64,000 nt of DNA, filler included, from Streblomastix strix (GCA_008636045.1; 3 parts of 3 records of this genome joined end to end with filler, not necessarily neighbours in it), one strand, 5' to 3'. Counted from the whole stretch's first letter, positions 40,930 to 54,072 are shown. The notes: a model not told the origin generated them from the sequence alone. Made by a program: numbers and translations.

Positions 40930-41110
40930 TGTGAATAATATTGATGAAATGTGTTCATTTGTGTCATAAGTATGAGCTTAATATTGTCCACATCATTTAC
41001 ACATTATATTGATGAATTTCGCTGAGTTGTTATAGGGATTTGGCGCGGATGTTATGGTTACAATTAGTACGGCAAAATTAGTAGTCTGTAGTGTAGCCCA
41101 TATATATTAT
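40930..41110 (-). repeat. Right inverted repeat of the pPolB element
   Basis: gtgtcataagtatgagcttaatattgtccacatcatttacacattatattgatgaatttcgctgagttgttatagggatttggcgcgg is a diverged reverse complement of 35039-35127. Confidence 0.9.
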
Positions 41111-43396
41111 TGAAATAGCGTATATTGTCTTTAATATGACACAGATCATCAATTCAACGATTATTAAGTTAATTGTCAGTCAATTATAAATCTTGATTGA
41201 ATTAATATTCTTGGAGGTTTTGAATTCTCTCATGAGTTTCCTTTGTTCATTTGTTTTTTGTGATTAAAAAAGATATATATTATATTAATATTTTTAGATT
41301 AGAGGGTGTGTTAACATAAAATTTTATATATTTTATTATAAAAATTCTTTTAATTTGCGTTATTATACTTTATGCACACATCTTTATTCATATCCATATT
41401 TTATATCTTCAGTATTAATTTACCTTTCAAGCAACATTTCCTAAATAAATTTTTTTAAATTTAATGAAATATTTAAGTATAAATGTATAAATATTATTCG
41501 ACATACCTCAGCTATTATATCATATTTCTTAATTTATAGCAAAAAATCAAAAAATATTAATTTATTATATAATATATTAAAATAATTACTTTAATTGTTT
41601 GATTTATATACAAAATTTGACTTTAATCTATCTTGTTCACTTGCTGGGTAGTTTTTATTGGAATTCCTTCATTTATTATTTCAAAGTTGGACAAATTAAT
41701 ACTTTAATCTTATATTCTATAATTTACTTTTATGATTAAACATATTTTTAACTATCAATGGCTACTTACTCGAATTCTCCATTTGGAGTTTAAATTCTCA
41801 AATTATGTTGATCTTAGCCTTCAACACCTATATTTTTCATTCAATGTTAAATTTTTAAATTTGGAACTGTGGTTATCAGTCCTATCATTTTCTGTAAAAT
41901 ATAATAAATAAGAAAAATAAAATGTTTCAATTTGGAAATCAATTATTGTTTAATCATTTTAAATAATTATAGTAATATCAAATTCTTAAGTTAAATTTAT
42001 ATTCTAACTTATAATACAGATTATCTTTACTCATTTTATTCAAACAAATTTTAAAAAAAGCAATTATTTTTTTTCAATAGATAATCTTTTCCTTCTTTTA
42101 CTAACGGTAAGGTTTACTTACAAAATTTCTCGTTCACAGTCAAGGTCACTAGATGTTGTTTCATAAGGACGAATTGAATATTCGGCAAAAATTTGTGAAG
42201 ATTTGTAGTTTTATAGTCAATATGAATTCCAAAATGAGGTAATATCAAAATTTAATTGAAACAAAGAGATATAATAGTTAAATCTTATTTACTTCAAATT
42301 TAAACAATTTTCTGAATTTCAATTTTAATATTATGTTTTCATATACTGGCAAAAATTGTACTTATTCGTTTTTTCAGACATAATATACAAATTAATCTTC
42401 AATTAATAGAACATATTTCTTTTATACTATTGTCTGCTTACTTATTTAAAGATTTTTCACATGAAATTAAAATTTTTTGAATTTCAATTTGAATAATGCT
42501 TTTACCAAGTAGTAAACCCATAAACTCATTAAAAAATTTGAACATTGATATAAATATATAATATTATAATAAATGAGGATTGAAGAATTAAGAGCTAGGC
42601 GAGAAAATGAGCTGATCTATGTTGATCATTAGTAATATTAAGAAAAATTAATATTTGACAGAAATAATTATTACTGTTTAAATATAAATAAACATATTAG
42701 ATAAAAGTATTAAAACATATTTAATATATTACTAATCAATTCTGATCAATTGATAAAATTGTTTATTTTCTATTTTTGCCTTTTGGGGCTGTTTTTTCTT
42801 GGCCACTGGTAGGAAGCATATTAAATATTTGAATTGGGTTGACATCCCCAAAATTAAATCATAAATAACTAACAATTTAGCAGTTAATTTATTCGAACTA
42901 GACTTTTTCCCAGTATTTGACAGATCAACAGTTTCTTTGATTGTACCATTGATATTTGCATTATCATTTGAAAATTTATTATTATTATATAATCCATTCA
43001 ATATATATATTATTTTATATAAATTTTTTTATCCGATGAGCTATAAAAGTCAAAATTCAAAATATTCAATTTTTAGATGGCTGAACAAATATTTTTTATA
43101 AATTTTTATATAAACCAATTAAATTTAACGCTTACTATATTATCTAATTTAGAGCCGATTTAGATCATTATTCAATAGCTCATAGCTAATGAATTAAAAT
43201 TCGTGAACAACACTCTCTAAATCCCCTATTCGACCTTCCAAAACCGACTATATATAATATATTTGCATAATATTTTGTTATGAATAAATATACCTACAAA
43301 TAAAACATTTTTTAATACTATGGCTTCATTTATTTAACACTATAATATTTTCGTCAATTCTATAATATTTTCATCCATTTTATAGATTAAGTTCAC

Positions 43397-44069
43397 ATGT
43401 CAATAAAAAAAGATTCATTTACATGCAAAGAAGTTATCAATACCTCAAAAAAGACTCGAATTGATATTTCCATGGTCACGCCTCTTATTTTCATCGGAAA
43501 TTAGGCAGCAGCAGATAATATTGGAACACTTCAGGCATTACAAATAGAAAGATTGTTACGTTTACGTACAGAACCATCAATTGTTCGCCCATCCTGCATC
43601 AAATCAGTGACACTTGTGAAGATTGAAGACATTCCAACATCTGATCTTCGAGATTGCATGGAACCGTGCTTCGTGGCATTGTTAAATGCTATGGAAAAGA
43701 AGGAACGGGTTCTGGTACATTGTCACGCAGGTAAATCACGAAGCCCAGCTATTGTTATAGCATTCTTAATGTGGAGATACGGCATTACACTTCGCAATGC
43801 ATATGTTCATGTAGAAAAAGCAAGAAACGGGTTGATTATGAATCCAACCTTTAAACAGCAGCTGTTCGAATACGAACAAACATTGTTCGGGAAAAATTCT
43901 GTTCGTTACAGTGAATTTTGCTTTGATTATATCTAAATGCACCCGTTTCATAAGCGAGTAGTGGAATAACAAGAAAGAGAATAACAGTCATAATCTACTG
44001 TGAAAGGGTTGGAGTTAAAAGAGACGACTAATTCCGGAGTCTCTCAACAGACACTTATCTCGAACTCCT
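43397..44069 (+). CDS. Dual-specificity protein phosphatase (DSPc), 3' truncated by contig end
   Basis: VTPLIFIGNQAAA, VKIEDIP (general acid Asp), VLVHCHAGKSRSPAIVIAFLM (HCxxGxxR and AYLM-like), MNPTFKQQL. ATG 43397 is in frame with listed ORF 43553; upstream exons are possible. Confidence 0.92.
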
Positions 44070-44169
44070 NNNNNNNNNNNNNNNNNNNNNNNNNNNNNNN
44101 NNNNNNNNNNNNNTTAATTAATTAANNNNNNNNNNNNNNNNNNNNNNNNNNNNNNNNNNNNNNNNNNNN
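44070..44169. other. Artificial contig linker (N44-TTAATTAATTAA-N44)
   Basis: Same 100-bp spacer as at 22022-22121. Confidence 0.97.
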
Positions 44170-44266
44170 ATAATAATATAAGGAATCAAATTATAAATTC
44201 GATAAATTTTCTCAATTGTTTTAAAATATCAAATTCAGTCATACCAGTGGTTTATATAAAAATGCA

Positions 44267-47200
44267 TCACGACATGTTAAATGTAGATCGTGGTGTCATT
44301 GCTAATCTTATTGTTGGAGTGAACTCGTGTCTTTCATTATCAGCAAGTGTAATGCTATCAGGAATTGCTGGAGGACCAGCAGAAGGATTATTGCCCTTGT
44401 ATGGAAATACCTAAAAAATTAATGAAAAAAATTATTAATATTATAGAAAAATAAAAAATATTATATAAATATATAATTTGACTAATGTCACACCTATTTG
44501 AACGTGCAGTTCTTCATTTCAAATTTATTTGGTGTTTTATATTAATATGTTGCTTCATTATTTTTTTTAAAAAAGAAATAAAAAATGTAATAATACTTTC
44601 TCATTTATTTATAAAATTAATTTTTAAAAAATAATTCAAACTCTACAAATTATTCTTTTAATACATTATTAATATCATTTATTTCATACTGGCAGCTTAT
44701 TAGGCTTTTGACGCATCAAGACGAGCAGTAAGATCTGTTGTATCCCAATTCATGTCATCAATACCTTAAAGAATTTGTATTGGGGAGCCTCCAGATGTAT
44801 CTGTAAATTATTAATAATAAAAAAGCGTTGAAAATAAAAAAAAATGATTAAATGAATTTATATAAAAAATTCAAAAACAATAAAATAAAATATGACTTAC
44901 ATATTTTGTAGAACAAAACATCGTAAATTCCTCCTTATCCTCTAATAATACGGATGATTGCTGAATTGAATAGAAAAACACAATAAAATTAAAAAAAATG
45001 ATATAAATTAATTATTTTTGAAATATTTGAGCAAACGAGAATTGTAAAAATCTTTCGTTACGTCTGGCATTTTATCAATATGATTCGACCTATATTAATT
45101 ATAAAAGAAATAAAAATAGATTAATTATTGAATTAATTTGAATAATAATAATAATAATGTTTCTAATAAAATATTTATGCTCTAAAATTATTTTCAATCA
45201 AACCTGAAGTTGCACCTTTAAATTCTAATTTTTGCTCCATCTCCAACTTCAAACATTGGAGCTATTTAATATATATGAAAATAGGACAAAAAATCATTTA
45301 ATATAAATATAAATTTAAAAATTTAACCTTCTTTATTTTTACACTAGCTTTGGATCAAAGTGAAATCCTAAAATTATATAAAAAAATATTTAAAATAAGT
45401 ATATTTTATATATATAAAAAAAATATAGTGATTTTATAATTCTTCTTAATTCATCAAAATGTTTACTTATTATTTGCATACTTCAAAATGCATAATAACT
45501 CCAGATTAAAGCCAAAACATTCCCTCATTCGGCATTATCTCATTAGTAAGTGTGCTTAAATGATACCCCTATCCTTAAATGAGTACTTATGCACTATTCA
45601 AAGTAATATACGACACATTGAACAGTCCATTCTATACTAATATTTGCGCCAAGCTTTGCTTATCTACTCTAGCATATGAATATGACAGTGATTAAAATGG
45701 GTCTTCTATTTCTCCAGAGCCAGAAATATCACTCCCTAAAGTTGATACATGCACGACAGCTGGATTTACAACAGTTAATTGTACTCCAAAAAGACTGTCT
45801 ACATTAACTGGAATAGCGGGACTTATAACTCTATAATTAATTTATGGGTGGCATGAATACGACATTGATTCACGAAAAATAGTCAATTCTGTAGTTCCAG
45901 CAAGAATAATATCAATGTTAGGCATGTCAAAGTATATATCATTAGCATAATGAACTTTTGTGAATTTGAAACATGAGTAAGCCACGTTGTTCATAAATGT
46001 GCATGACTACAAAACAATATTAGAAAGTACATCTGAAACGCCTATTATACTAATTGCACCGCAACATTCACCAACATTTGAATCAAATATACATCCTATT
46101 AGCTCAACTGCTGTGGAATTTAATAACCCTTAATAATTTAGTTGGATAGTGAGCGCCGATCCAAATAAATTTTTTCCTAAATCGGGTGATTTTGCAACAT
46201 TATACTTAAAGTTGCAGTTATTGAGTGAAGCAATTCCTGATCCGTGATGTTCAATATAGAGAGCAGAATTGTGTGCTTCTTGGTTATAATAACTTAGGAA
46301 AGTTATATTTTAATAATTGCAAATTGAGTTATATTAGATAGGATTATACACTAACGGTTGACTCTCCTCCTTGATGTTTTCAAATGATGATGTTGTAAGT
46401 GTTACTGTGCATCCAAGAACTGCCTAAATAATCAGATTTTTCATTGCAACTGTTTTATCTTTTACACGGAAGACAACATTATTAGCTGTGAAATCGCATT
46501 CTTGTCCATTGAGTTCAACAACTGTCATACCGCCAGAGTTATATGCAACAGGATCAGTGTTAACTTCTACAATTAGTTATTCAATAACCAGCGTCCCATT
46601 GTACAGCAAGAAAATAACTGGAGATATTTTCTCTGAATTTGTGATAATTGTTCTCTTCTATTTCTCACCTTCTCCTTCAATTGTCCCAATGAAAGTCATA
46701 CTCCGACCTCCAATGAAGTAACTCAACTCAGAATAAGTCTCAGGTGTAATTTGCAATGTCTATGATCTCTCTTATGCAGAAGAGGAGAACATGATTGCGA
46801 AAGAGATTGAAGCATAAGGTTGTTCAAGACTTCCATGGTCTTCTTAATCTAATCCGTTAGTCTTGTCAATATATTTATTCTCGCTCTGCGCTGAGCCAAA
46901 AAGATAATCAAATACACCGTAGTCAAACTGCACATATACAGATCCTATTTTAGGGAAGGAAGATGTTGAAGTTGAGCTCAAAATATTTTCAATGATATTG
47001 TTTCTCTTGTACAAATGATCAAGAATAACATCACTTCCAACATCTACTTTATAATCTACGTTCGTATACCTTGCTTTCACTGCAACATTCTTCTAGAAGC
47101 TGCAGTTTGACAGAGCTAAAATTCCTGATTCTATTTCTTAGCAAAAAATGCCACCTGTTCGCCAGCCATCGTTTTATTAGAAGTTTGTATTTGTAATTTT

Positions 47201-50200
47201 AGCACTAATTGAACTGATAAGAACAATCACTCCCCCATGATACGGATCTGGGACTATAGGATTTTGATCAACCTGCGCATTAATTACTGATGTGTGCTGA
47301 GATGTGAAAACTGATGAATCAATTACAAGATTTCCAGCAGAGTTCTGCATTCTGATTCCAGCAGCATATACTGTGGACCCAAGTCTATTATCATATGTAA
47401 CAGCATCGAAAACTGAATTTATCACATGTACGTTCCCTCCAGTTGCAAGCACCTCATTGCTTGCCTGCTGCTGTTGTGCTTCAAGCTGCGATATTGTGAG
47501 AGCATTAAGGATTATTTATCCATCGCCTCTGATAACTAATAATCCTCCATATGAAACACCAGACGAGAAGGATTACTGCAGAGTCATGCTTTCAATGTCG
47601 AGTTTCCCACCAACAACACTTGCAAGCCACGCTTTTGGTTCGGTTCCTCGACTGTTAATCATTGTTGTATTAACAACACCCTTTCCTATAATCTATATTC
47701 CACGTGCTCCTACATTCAGCTGGTGATCATTGAAAGTTCCAGTACCTACATTAACTACTAGAGGTTTGTTAGCACCACTAAAAGATGCGCTGATTGCTTT
47801 TGTCACTGAAGCAAACGCTTTTCCGATTTCTTCAGTCAACCCATCATGACTTGCAGAATCATTCCCACCATTCATTACATACATCTATTATTCTTCTGTA
47901 TCACCTTTAGTGTTGATCGTAACTGAATTAGTTGAAGGAGTAGATGGAGCTGTGATATTCAAAGTAACTGTTGTAGTATCTGAAGATGTTATGCAGCCTC
48001 CGAAAGCTTGTTTAATCATCAATATAATTGCATCAACATCTCCAGGTGAACACACATACACATAATTACCACTTGCACTAGTGAAAGAACAACTGCTGAA
48101 TCCAAAATATATTGGTTGCCCTTTGATTTCCACAGCACTTACTGAACTTCCTGAATTATTGGTGAATGTGCAGTTAGTGAATACAACTACTGGCAATGCT
48201 ATAAACGCAGGGACAATTGTGGGACTTGATGTATAAGTAAAGTTTGAATATATTACAACTGGAGCACTGAATTTATTTGTATCGCCTGAAGTTTGGGAAG
48301 ATTCGCAACCTGTGAATACACAATTCCTGATCTGCATGTCGACATCTCCAACACTGATGTCAATTGTTAGTGCCGAACTTTTCTTTATGTTGGTGAAATT
48401 ACAATCTTGAATTGATACGACTCCTCCTCCATCAACTAATAATGCAGGAATAAGGGAATTAAAGTTTCCTTCGTCGAACGAAACATTGATAATTTTTCCA
48501 TGGGGCGTCTGGACGTGGATATAGTTTAAGTTACGATCGCCAGTTACAGTGACTTATTCCTGAGAAAATTTACAATTGATGATTGTAACCCGTCCTAAAT
48601 TCATCCTAATGAAACTCCAAGCATTTGATGCTGCACCAACAATCGTCTACTAAAAGTTGAATTAAGAGATTTCAACTCTTGGATTCGTGTTGTCTGCACA
48701 TATAAACAACAGACATGAATCTTCTACAGCTGCGCTTGCAGGCAGATTTGTCAAAGTAGTGTTTCCTATTCCAACTCCGTGGATGCTTATATACTCAGCC
48801 GTTATTCCAACTTGCGAATCTGCATATGTTCCTTCATACACACTTATATTGACCAGCATCTCTTCGTGCGCACCTGCAGCATTGAGCATGTCTTTCTTTG
48901 GGTTCGCTGTGCCAACTGCGCACTTCAATGTTCTAAGAGGGGATGAATATGTGCCCATATAGTTAGCATCATCGCCTTACTGTGAAACGGATATATTGTC
49001 GTTGTATACTTTTAGAAGATCATCTGAGCTCCCAATGTTTGGTGATCCCACCCATAATCCGATCTTTGGTAGTTTGCTGTCAGAGAAGCACTGTACAAAG
49101 TTGTTCTTCACAAGCCTTGGCGATGATGTCCCAAAATCAAGTTAACTTTCCTATAAATACACTGAAGTCCCAATATACGCATCTGGAGTAAATCTAATCC
49201 TGTGTTCAGATTATGCGAGGCTGAACAATGTCCTAAGTAACTGGACATCTCCATAATCCCCTTATATATGTATGCCGCCAGTGTGCGATCCGGAAGTAGC
49301 AACAAATCGAGTGTGCTTAACAGTGCATGTACCACCTGTTGATCCTGTAATTGGAAGGTTGACAATCAATGGTGCCATGATAGTTTCGTTGAATATACCA
49401 GTAATGGGATTTGATGACACGGTTGCTTTTTAAGCTGCATCAACATCAGCTTAATCTGCATCGCCGCATTCAACTGTAATATTTGCAAAGAGAACTTCAT
49501 CAACGATTGATGAAGATGAAGCATCACTACTAAGTGTAACAAGTAAGGCACCACACACTTTTCTTGGCGCTGTAATAGCACCATTTGAATATGAAACACT
49601 GGCCTGAGTCAGAATAATTCCCATAAATGAACACCGTTTAATAGATAGTTTGTTTGTTGCTGCAGTGGCCGTATATTCAACAACACAGCAATCTCCAACA
49701 TATATGTTCTCAAAAGAAGTATCTGTTATATCAAGATTGGCTCCGGAAATTTTGAAAATTGGGCGCAACTCTGCAACTTTAATAGTTCCATTATAATCAC
49801 CTTTACATAGGCAGTTCGAAACAATAAAGGGACCTGTGTTTATAGTAAATAAAACTAATTATCCTGCTATTGATGATGCTGCAGTTGAATCATATTTAAA
49901 ATTAATATCAACTCCAGAAAGAGTGTCAGAAGCACTGCTATATCCTACAGTATATTATACTGATATAAAAAATTTAAATTGGTGAGTGAGAAAACGGCAA
50001 ATTAAATTTTAAAATATACCATCGGAATTCTACTGATGTTATGAAGCTATAAATAATATAAAAATAAAAATTGATTAATTATTTTAATATAATACAAAAA
50101 AATTAAAATTATATAATGAAAATAGCAAGAAAAATTAATAAAAAACATACAAGTCATATACGGTCTAATTTCTGTACAAGGAGCTATATTTGATGTTATA

Positions 50201-50262
50201 TTGGACTCTTTGTCACCATGCAGAAAAATAATTAGGCACAGTATTAATACAAAGCTATTCAT
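44267..50262 (-). CDS. Large secreted/surface protein with repeated pectin-lyase-like right-handed beta-helix modules
   Basis: Signal-like MNSFVLILCLIIFLHG. A ~4.5-kb exon (about 49950-45482) links many listed minus-strand ORFs through TAA/TAG. Repeated YV-xxx-G-x-D..G...P-x-T/S-I caps and NCxFxxN rungs; several small 3' exons. Exact 3' end uncertain. Confidence 0.75.
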
Positions 50263-50437
50263 AATATTGGAAAAAGCTCCGAAAAATCTGTCTATTTAAA
50301 TAAATCCAAGCAATTAATTCAAAGTTTGTGTCATTCAGTTTATATATGCAAATATATCAATTAATTTTATGACTTATAAAATATTATTGCACTAAAATAG
50401 ACAACTCTGAGAAAAGTTTGACTAAACTTTACTCTTT

Positions 50438-50714
50438 CCAGAAAAACTAATTTCCGTTTAAATGAAAAGACTTTTAGTACGAAAGCTATTAAAGGCGATG
50501 AAACGCTTGGAAAGACAACCCATCCAAAGGATCTTGGAGTGAAAGGATCAATACAAATGAATATTCGATAATTTACACGAAAATTTCTTCAATCAGTGAT
50601 TTTTTTAAGAAAAATTTAAGCCATTATGGGTGGAAGAATTCCAAGTGTTAAAACAGGTTATATTACTTTGTTTCAGGAGTCATTTTGGCTAGTACCAAAA
50701 TCAATTTAAATGAT
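50438..50714 (+). repeat. Dispersed repeat, copy 1 (followed by an A-rich tract)
   Basis: ccagaaaaactaatttccgtttaaatgaaaaga...gtggaagaattcca...cattttggctag...aaaatcaatttaaatgat recurs at 53894-54072. Confidence 0.85.
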
Positions 50715-50835
50715 AAAAAAGAAAAAAAAAAGGGGGGGGAAAAAAGAAAAAATAGAAAAAAAAAGTAAAATAGATAAAAAGAAAAAGTAAGAAAAAAAAT
50801 TTGAAAAAAAAATTAATATTTAATTTTTTTTAATT

Positions 50836-51198
50836 TAGGATTGTTGGTGAAACCAAAACCTGTGTCGAAGTTAAAACCACAATTTTTAATTTTTATATTT
50901 TTTTAAATTTATATAAAATTTTATGTGTATTTTGAAGTATATTTTTGAAATATATGTTGGTTAAATTATGAAAGATATTAATTGGTTCACAATTCGGTGT
51001 TTTTTTAAAAATAAATTAGAAAAAATTGAAATTTTTATTTTCAAAGATATTATGAATAATATTTTATAATAATATTTTATTTACAGTATATTAAATATAA
51101 TATTAAAATTTATTAACAGTTTATTAAAATATTAATATTTTAAATCATTAAAAGTAAAGTTTTGACTTCACCACACGGTTTTGATTTCACCAACCCTA
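50836..51198. mobile_element. MITE-like non-autonomous DNA transposon (~360 bp, ~40-bp TIRs)
   Basis: Left taggattgttggtgaaaccaaaacctgtgtcgaagttaaaac vs reverse complement of right end tagggttggtgaaatcaaaaccgtgtggtgaagtcaaaac. AT-rich non-coding interior; absent from the paralogous site near 54270. Confidence 0.75.
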
Positions 51199-53249
51199 AT
51201 TATTTTTTTTAAAAAAACATTTTTCAAAAAAGCGAATATTATAGTAATTAATCTTTATTTTGAAATTTTTTATTTTTCAATATAATTTGAATAAATTATA
51301 TAATAAAATAAAAATTAATTAAAAAAAATGCAAACCGTTGGGAATTTGAGTAAAAAATAATAAATCTGATTAAATTAATAAAATTAAAATTGGGGTAGAA
51401 AATTTATTGAAGCCAAAGATCCACCAGGGCATTTTGTTATGGAGGACAGTCTAATTTGTTTGAGGCAGCAATTCATTTGTCATCGTCTTAAAATATTGTA
51501 AATTGCATTTTAAATGATGTTAAAATAAGTAGGTAAAATTTTTTATAAGTGTAATCGATTACATGTAGCGATTTTATTATAATTTATAGTTCAATCTATT
51601 AATATAATAGATTTATTAGCAAAAGTATAAAAAGTTAATTGTATAAATGATTTTGTTATTTCAGTTTTATTGGATTTTTATTTAAAATTTTTTTAGTTTT
51701 ATTTCAGATATTTGTAAAGAATATATATTTAAATAAATTACTAAATTAATCTAATAAAAGTTAATTATTATAAATTAATCAAGAATTTTAATTAATATCA
51801 ATATCCTTAATGCGATCAGAAAATTTAAATGATTTTTATCGAAAATTGCTTTAGTAATGGAATTTAGTTAAAAAGCTAAAATATAAAGCTTAATTTTTTA
51901 TTAATTCAAGAAAATTATATTATTTTTGAAATCACAACCGTAAGATATTTATAGTTGGATTACTAATTCAGTTTGCAAGAGACTATCGAACTTTTAAAAT
52001 TGTAACATATATTACTGCATTATGAAAAATTAACTTTGTAGTATAGAAATTATATTAAATATAGATAAAATAATAATTTCATGGTCAAAATAAGACATGT
52101 AATAATTTAAATATAAGTTAAAAAGAGAGCTACTCTATTTATATGAGATGCAGCTCTACGGTTGAGTGAATATAATCAAATTTATAGTTACTACAAGTAA
52201 TTTAGTGACTATTGCTTGTTTGGAGTCTGGTATTGCGGTTACATTGATACAGGATTACTTACATATGAGCCTGAAACATAATGTATAAAAAGAGTTTATT
52301 AATGATTTGATTATAACATTTGTTACTTGTTAAGTTAATTCAAACGAATAGATTAGTTCATCAATGTGCATCCTGTGTTGAAGTCCCATCGCTTCAGCAA
52401 CATTATATCAACTTTTCTTTCACTCTTAACTTCTATATCCGCCATCCAGACTATATGTACAGGATGGAAGTAGATTATTTCTGACTTAAATTCAATAAAT
52501 TAAATAAATGATATTTATTTATTTATAAAGAATTTAATTTAAAAACTTATTTTCCTCTTGATATTTTGTGTTTTGAGCATATTTAATGATATCGTTTAAA
52601 TTCCAGAAAGCAGGTCAGAGTACTTTAGCTTTACCTCCTTCAATTTATGATCATAAAGTAATAAAAACTAATTTGATCATAATTTTCAATAACTTATTCT
52701 AATAAAAAATAAAAATATCTAATTAACAAAGCTGCAAATTGAAATTTAAGTCAAAAAACCAAATAAACATTTTTGATGAGAATTAAGTAAGTATTTTTTG
52801 TTTCAATAATTAAATTAATTATGAAGTCTACTAAAAAAAGTTATGAAACTTTTAAAATTGCACACTAGGTTTCAGTTTTGAGGCTTTGATCCGTTTTTTA
52901 TGCCGAATTTAAAACCTTTTTTTTGACAAAAAATTTAAAAAAAAAAGACGCATGAAATACTTATTGGTTCAGAAATTGTTTGACTATATTACAAAATGAA
53001 AAACAGCAAATAGTTAAGTTTAATTAAATCTTCCTGCAAACAGCTTTAAATTGAAGCAGCTCCTGCCATTACCCCTGCCACCAAGGGTGGTAACAGGGGC
53101 GAGGGCAGATCTCTTATAAAATGGTTTTAATCAAGCAACGATAAGCTATTATTATTACACATATAACATTTATGTTAAATAATATATATTATATTAATTT
53201 ATAGATGAACTATTTAAATTTAATTAAAAATGGTCTTTAAATTTTTTAT

Positions 53250-53630
53250 TTTAATATTACCCATTTAATGCTTTGCTAGATACATCTGTTAATGTGCACT
53301 CATCTTTCAAGTCAATTTCATGCTTCTCAATTTATTTTACTGTATCAGCTATTTTCGATTATTTTGTCTCTTCATAATTCTTCTTCAATAATGGTTTAAT
53401 TGTTTATTCACAGTAATCTTTGTTATGATATTTTAAGATTTTTGTTAGAATCCATGGATTATGCATACGTTTACCACTAGATGCAGCTTATCCATAGTTC
53501 GTTTCAACATTTGCAGTAAGCTTATTGAATTTATGTATATTTCTTGTTCATTCAAGTCTAGTCGATTCATTAATGATTCCATCTAATCCACTGAATATAC
53601 TTAATAATGATACTTCCTTATTAATTGGTT
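53250..53630 (-). pseudogene. Intronless gene fragment, probably from a Polinton-like virus primase-helicase
   Basis: QPINKEVSLLSIFSGLDGIINESTRLE*TRNIHKFNKLTANVETNYGQAASSGKRMHNPWILTKILKYHNKDYCEQTIKPLLKK..; open except one TGA. Family assignment is from recollection of similar protist endogenous-virus proteins; no catalytic motif in the fragment. Confidence 0.4.
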
Positions 53631-53631
53631 G

Positions 53632-53873
53632 AGGATAGATATGAAAAATAAATATGTAGGGCTTGTAATGGGTGACGAATGTTGATTATACTTAGATAAT
53701 CCAATAGATTCTGTAAGGATTGGTGTAGATGAATAGACTCCAGAAAGAGTGAGAAAAGAGATAGGATCGGAAAAAGTAATGATAACGGTTTTTTGGGGTG
53801 CTGTTAGGTTCTGGCACATTCATGCTTTGCCTCATGGGAAATCAATGACTACAGTCAAGTCCTGTCAAGCATG
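53632..53873 (+). pseudogene. Mariner (Tc1/mariner) transposase catalytic-domain fragment
   Basis: GLVMGDEC*LYLDNP..EQTPERVRKEIGSEKVMITVFWGAVRFWHIHALPHGKSMT matches the mariner pattern IVTGDEKW..K-V-M-x-x-V-F-W..LP-x-G-x-T-I; the Trp after GDE is mutated to TGA. Confidence 0.8.
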
Positions 53874-53893
53874 ATATTCCTATTTTGCCCTTC

Positions 53894-54072
53894 CCAGAAA
53901 AACCAATTTCCGTTTAAATGAAAAGAATTTTCATATGAAAATTTCTTCAATCGGAGATTTTTTTAAGAAAAATTAAAGCTATGACATGTGGAAGAATTCC
54001 AGGAGTTAAATCAAGTTATATTACTTTGTTCCAGGATTCATTTTGGCTAGAATTAAAATCAATTTAAATGAT
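53894..54072 (+). repeat. Dispersed repeat, copy 2 (98-bp internal deletion; followed by an A-rich tract)
   Basis: Aligns to 50438-50714 but lacks the segment between two ACGAAA direct repeats of copy 1. Confidence 0.85.

Larger units (their letters stand above)
34975..41110. mobile_element. Inverted-repeat-flanked pPolB element (Polinton/Maverick-related or linear-plasmid-like), decayed
   Basis: Imperfect inverted repeats at about 34975-35160 and 40930-41110 enclose an intronless family-B polymerase pseudogene and a small divergent ORF. Confidence 0.75.

Noticed and set aside
41200..43001. Possible multi-exon minus-strand gene including ORF 42732-43001
   Set aside because: No consistent start, splice path or recognisable domain could be built by eye.
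46488..49191. Plus-strand ORFs 46488, 47304, 48687, 48982
   Set aside because: Antisense to the large beta-helix gene.
52130..52640. Coding-like minus-strand stretch
   Set aside because: No start, splice path or recognisable motif; too weak to call.
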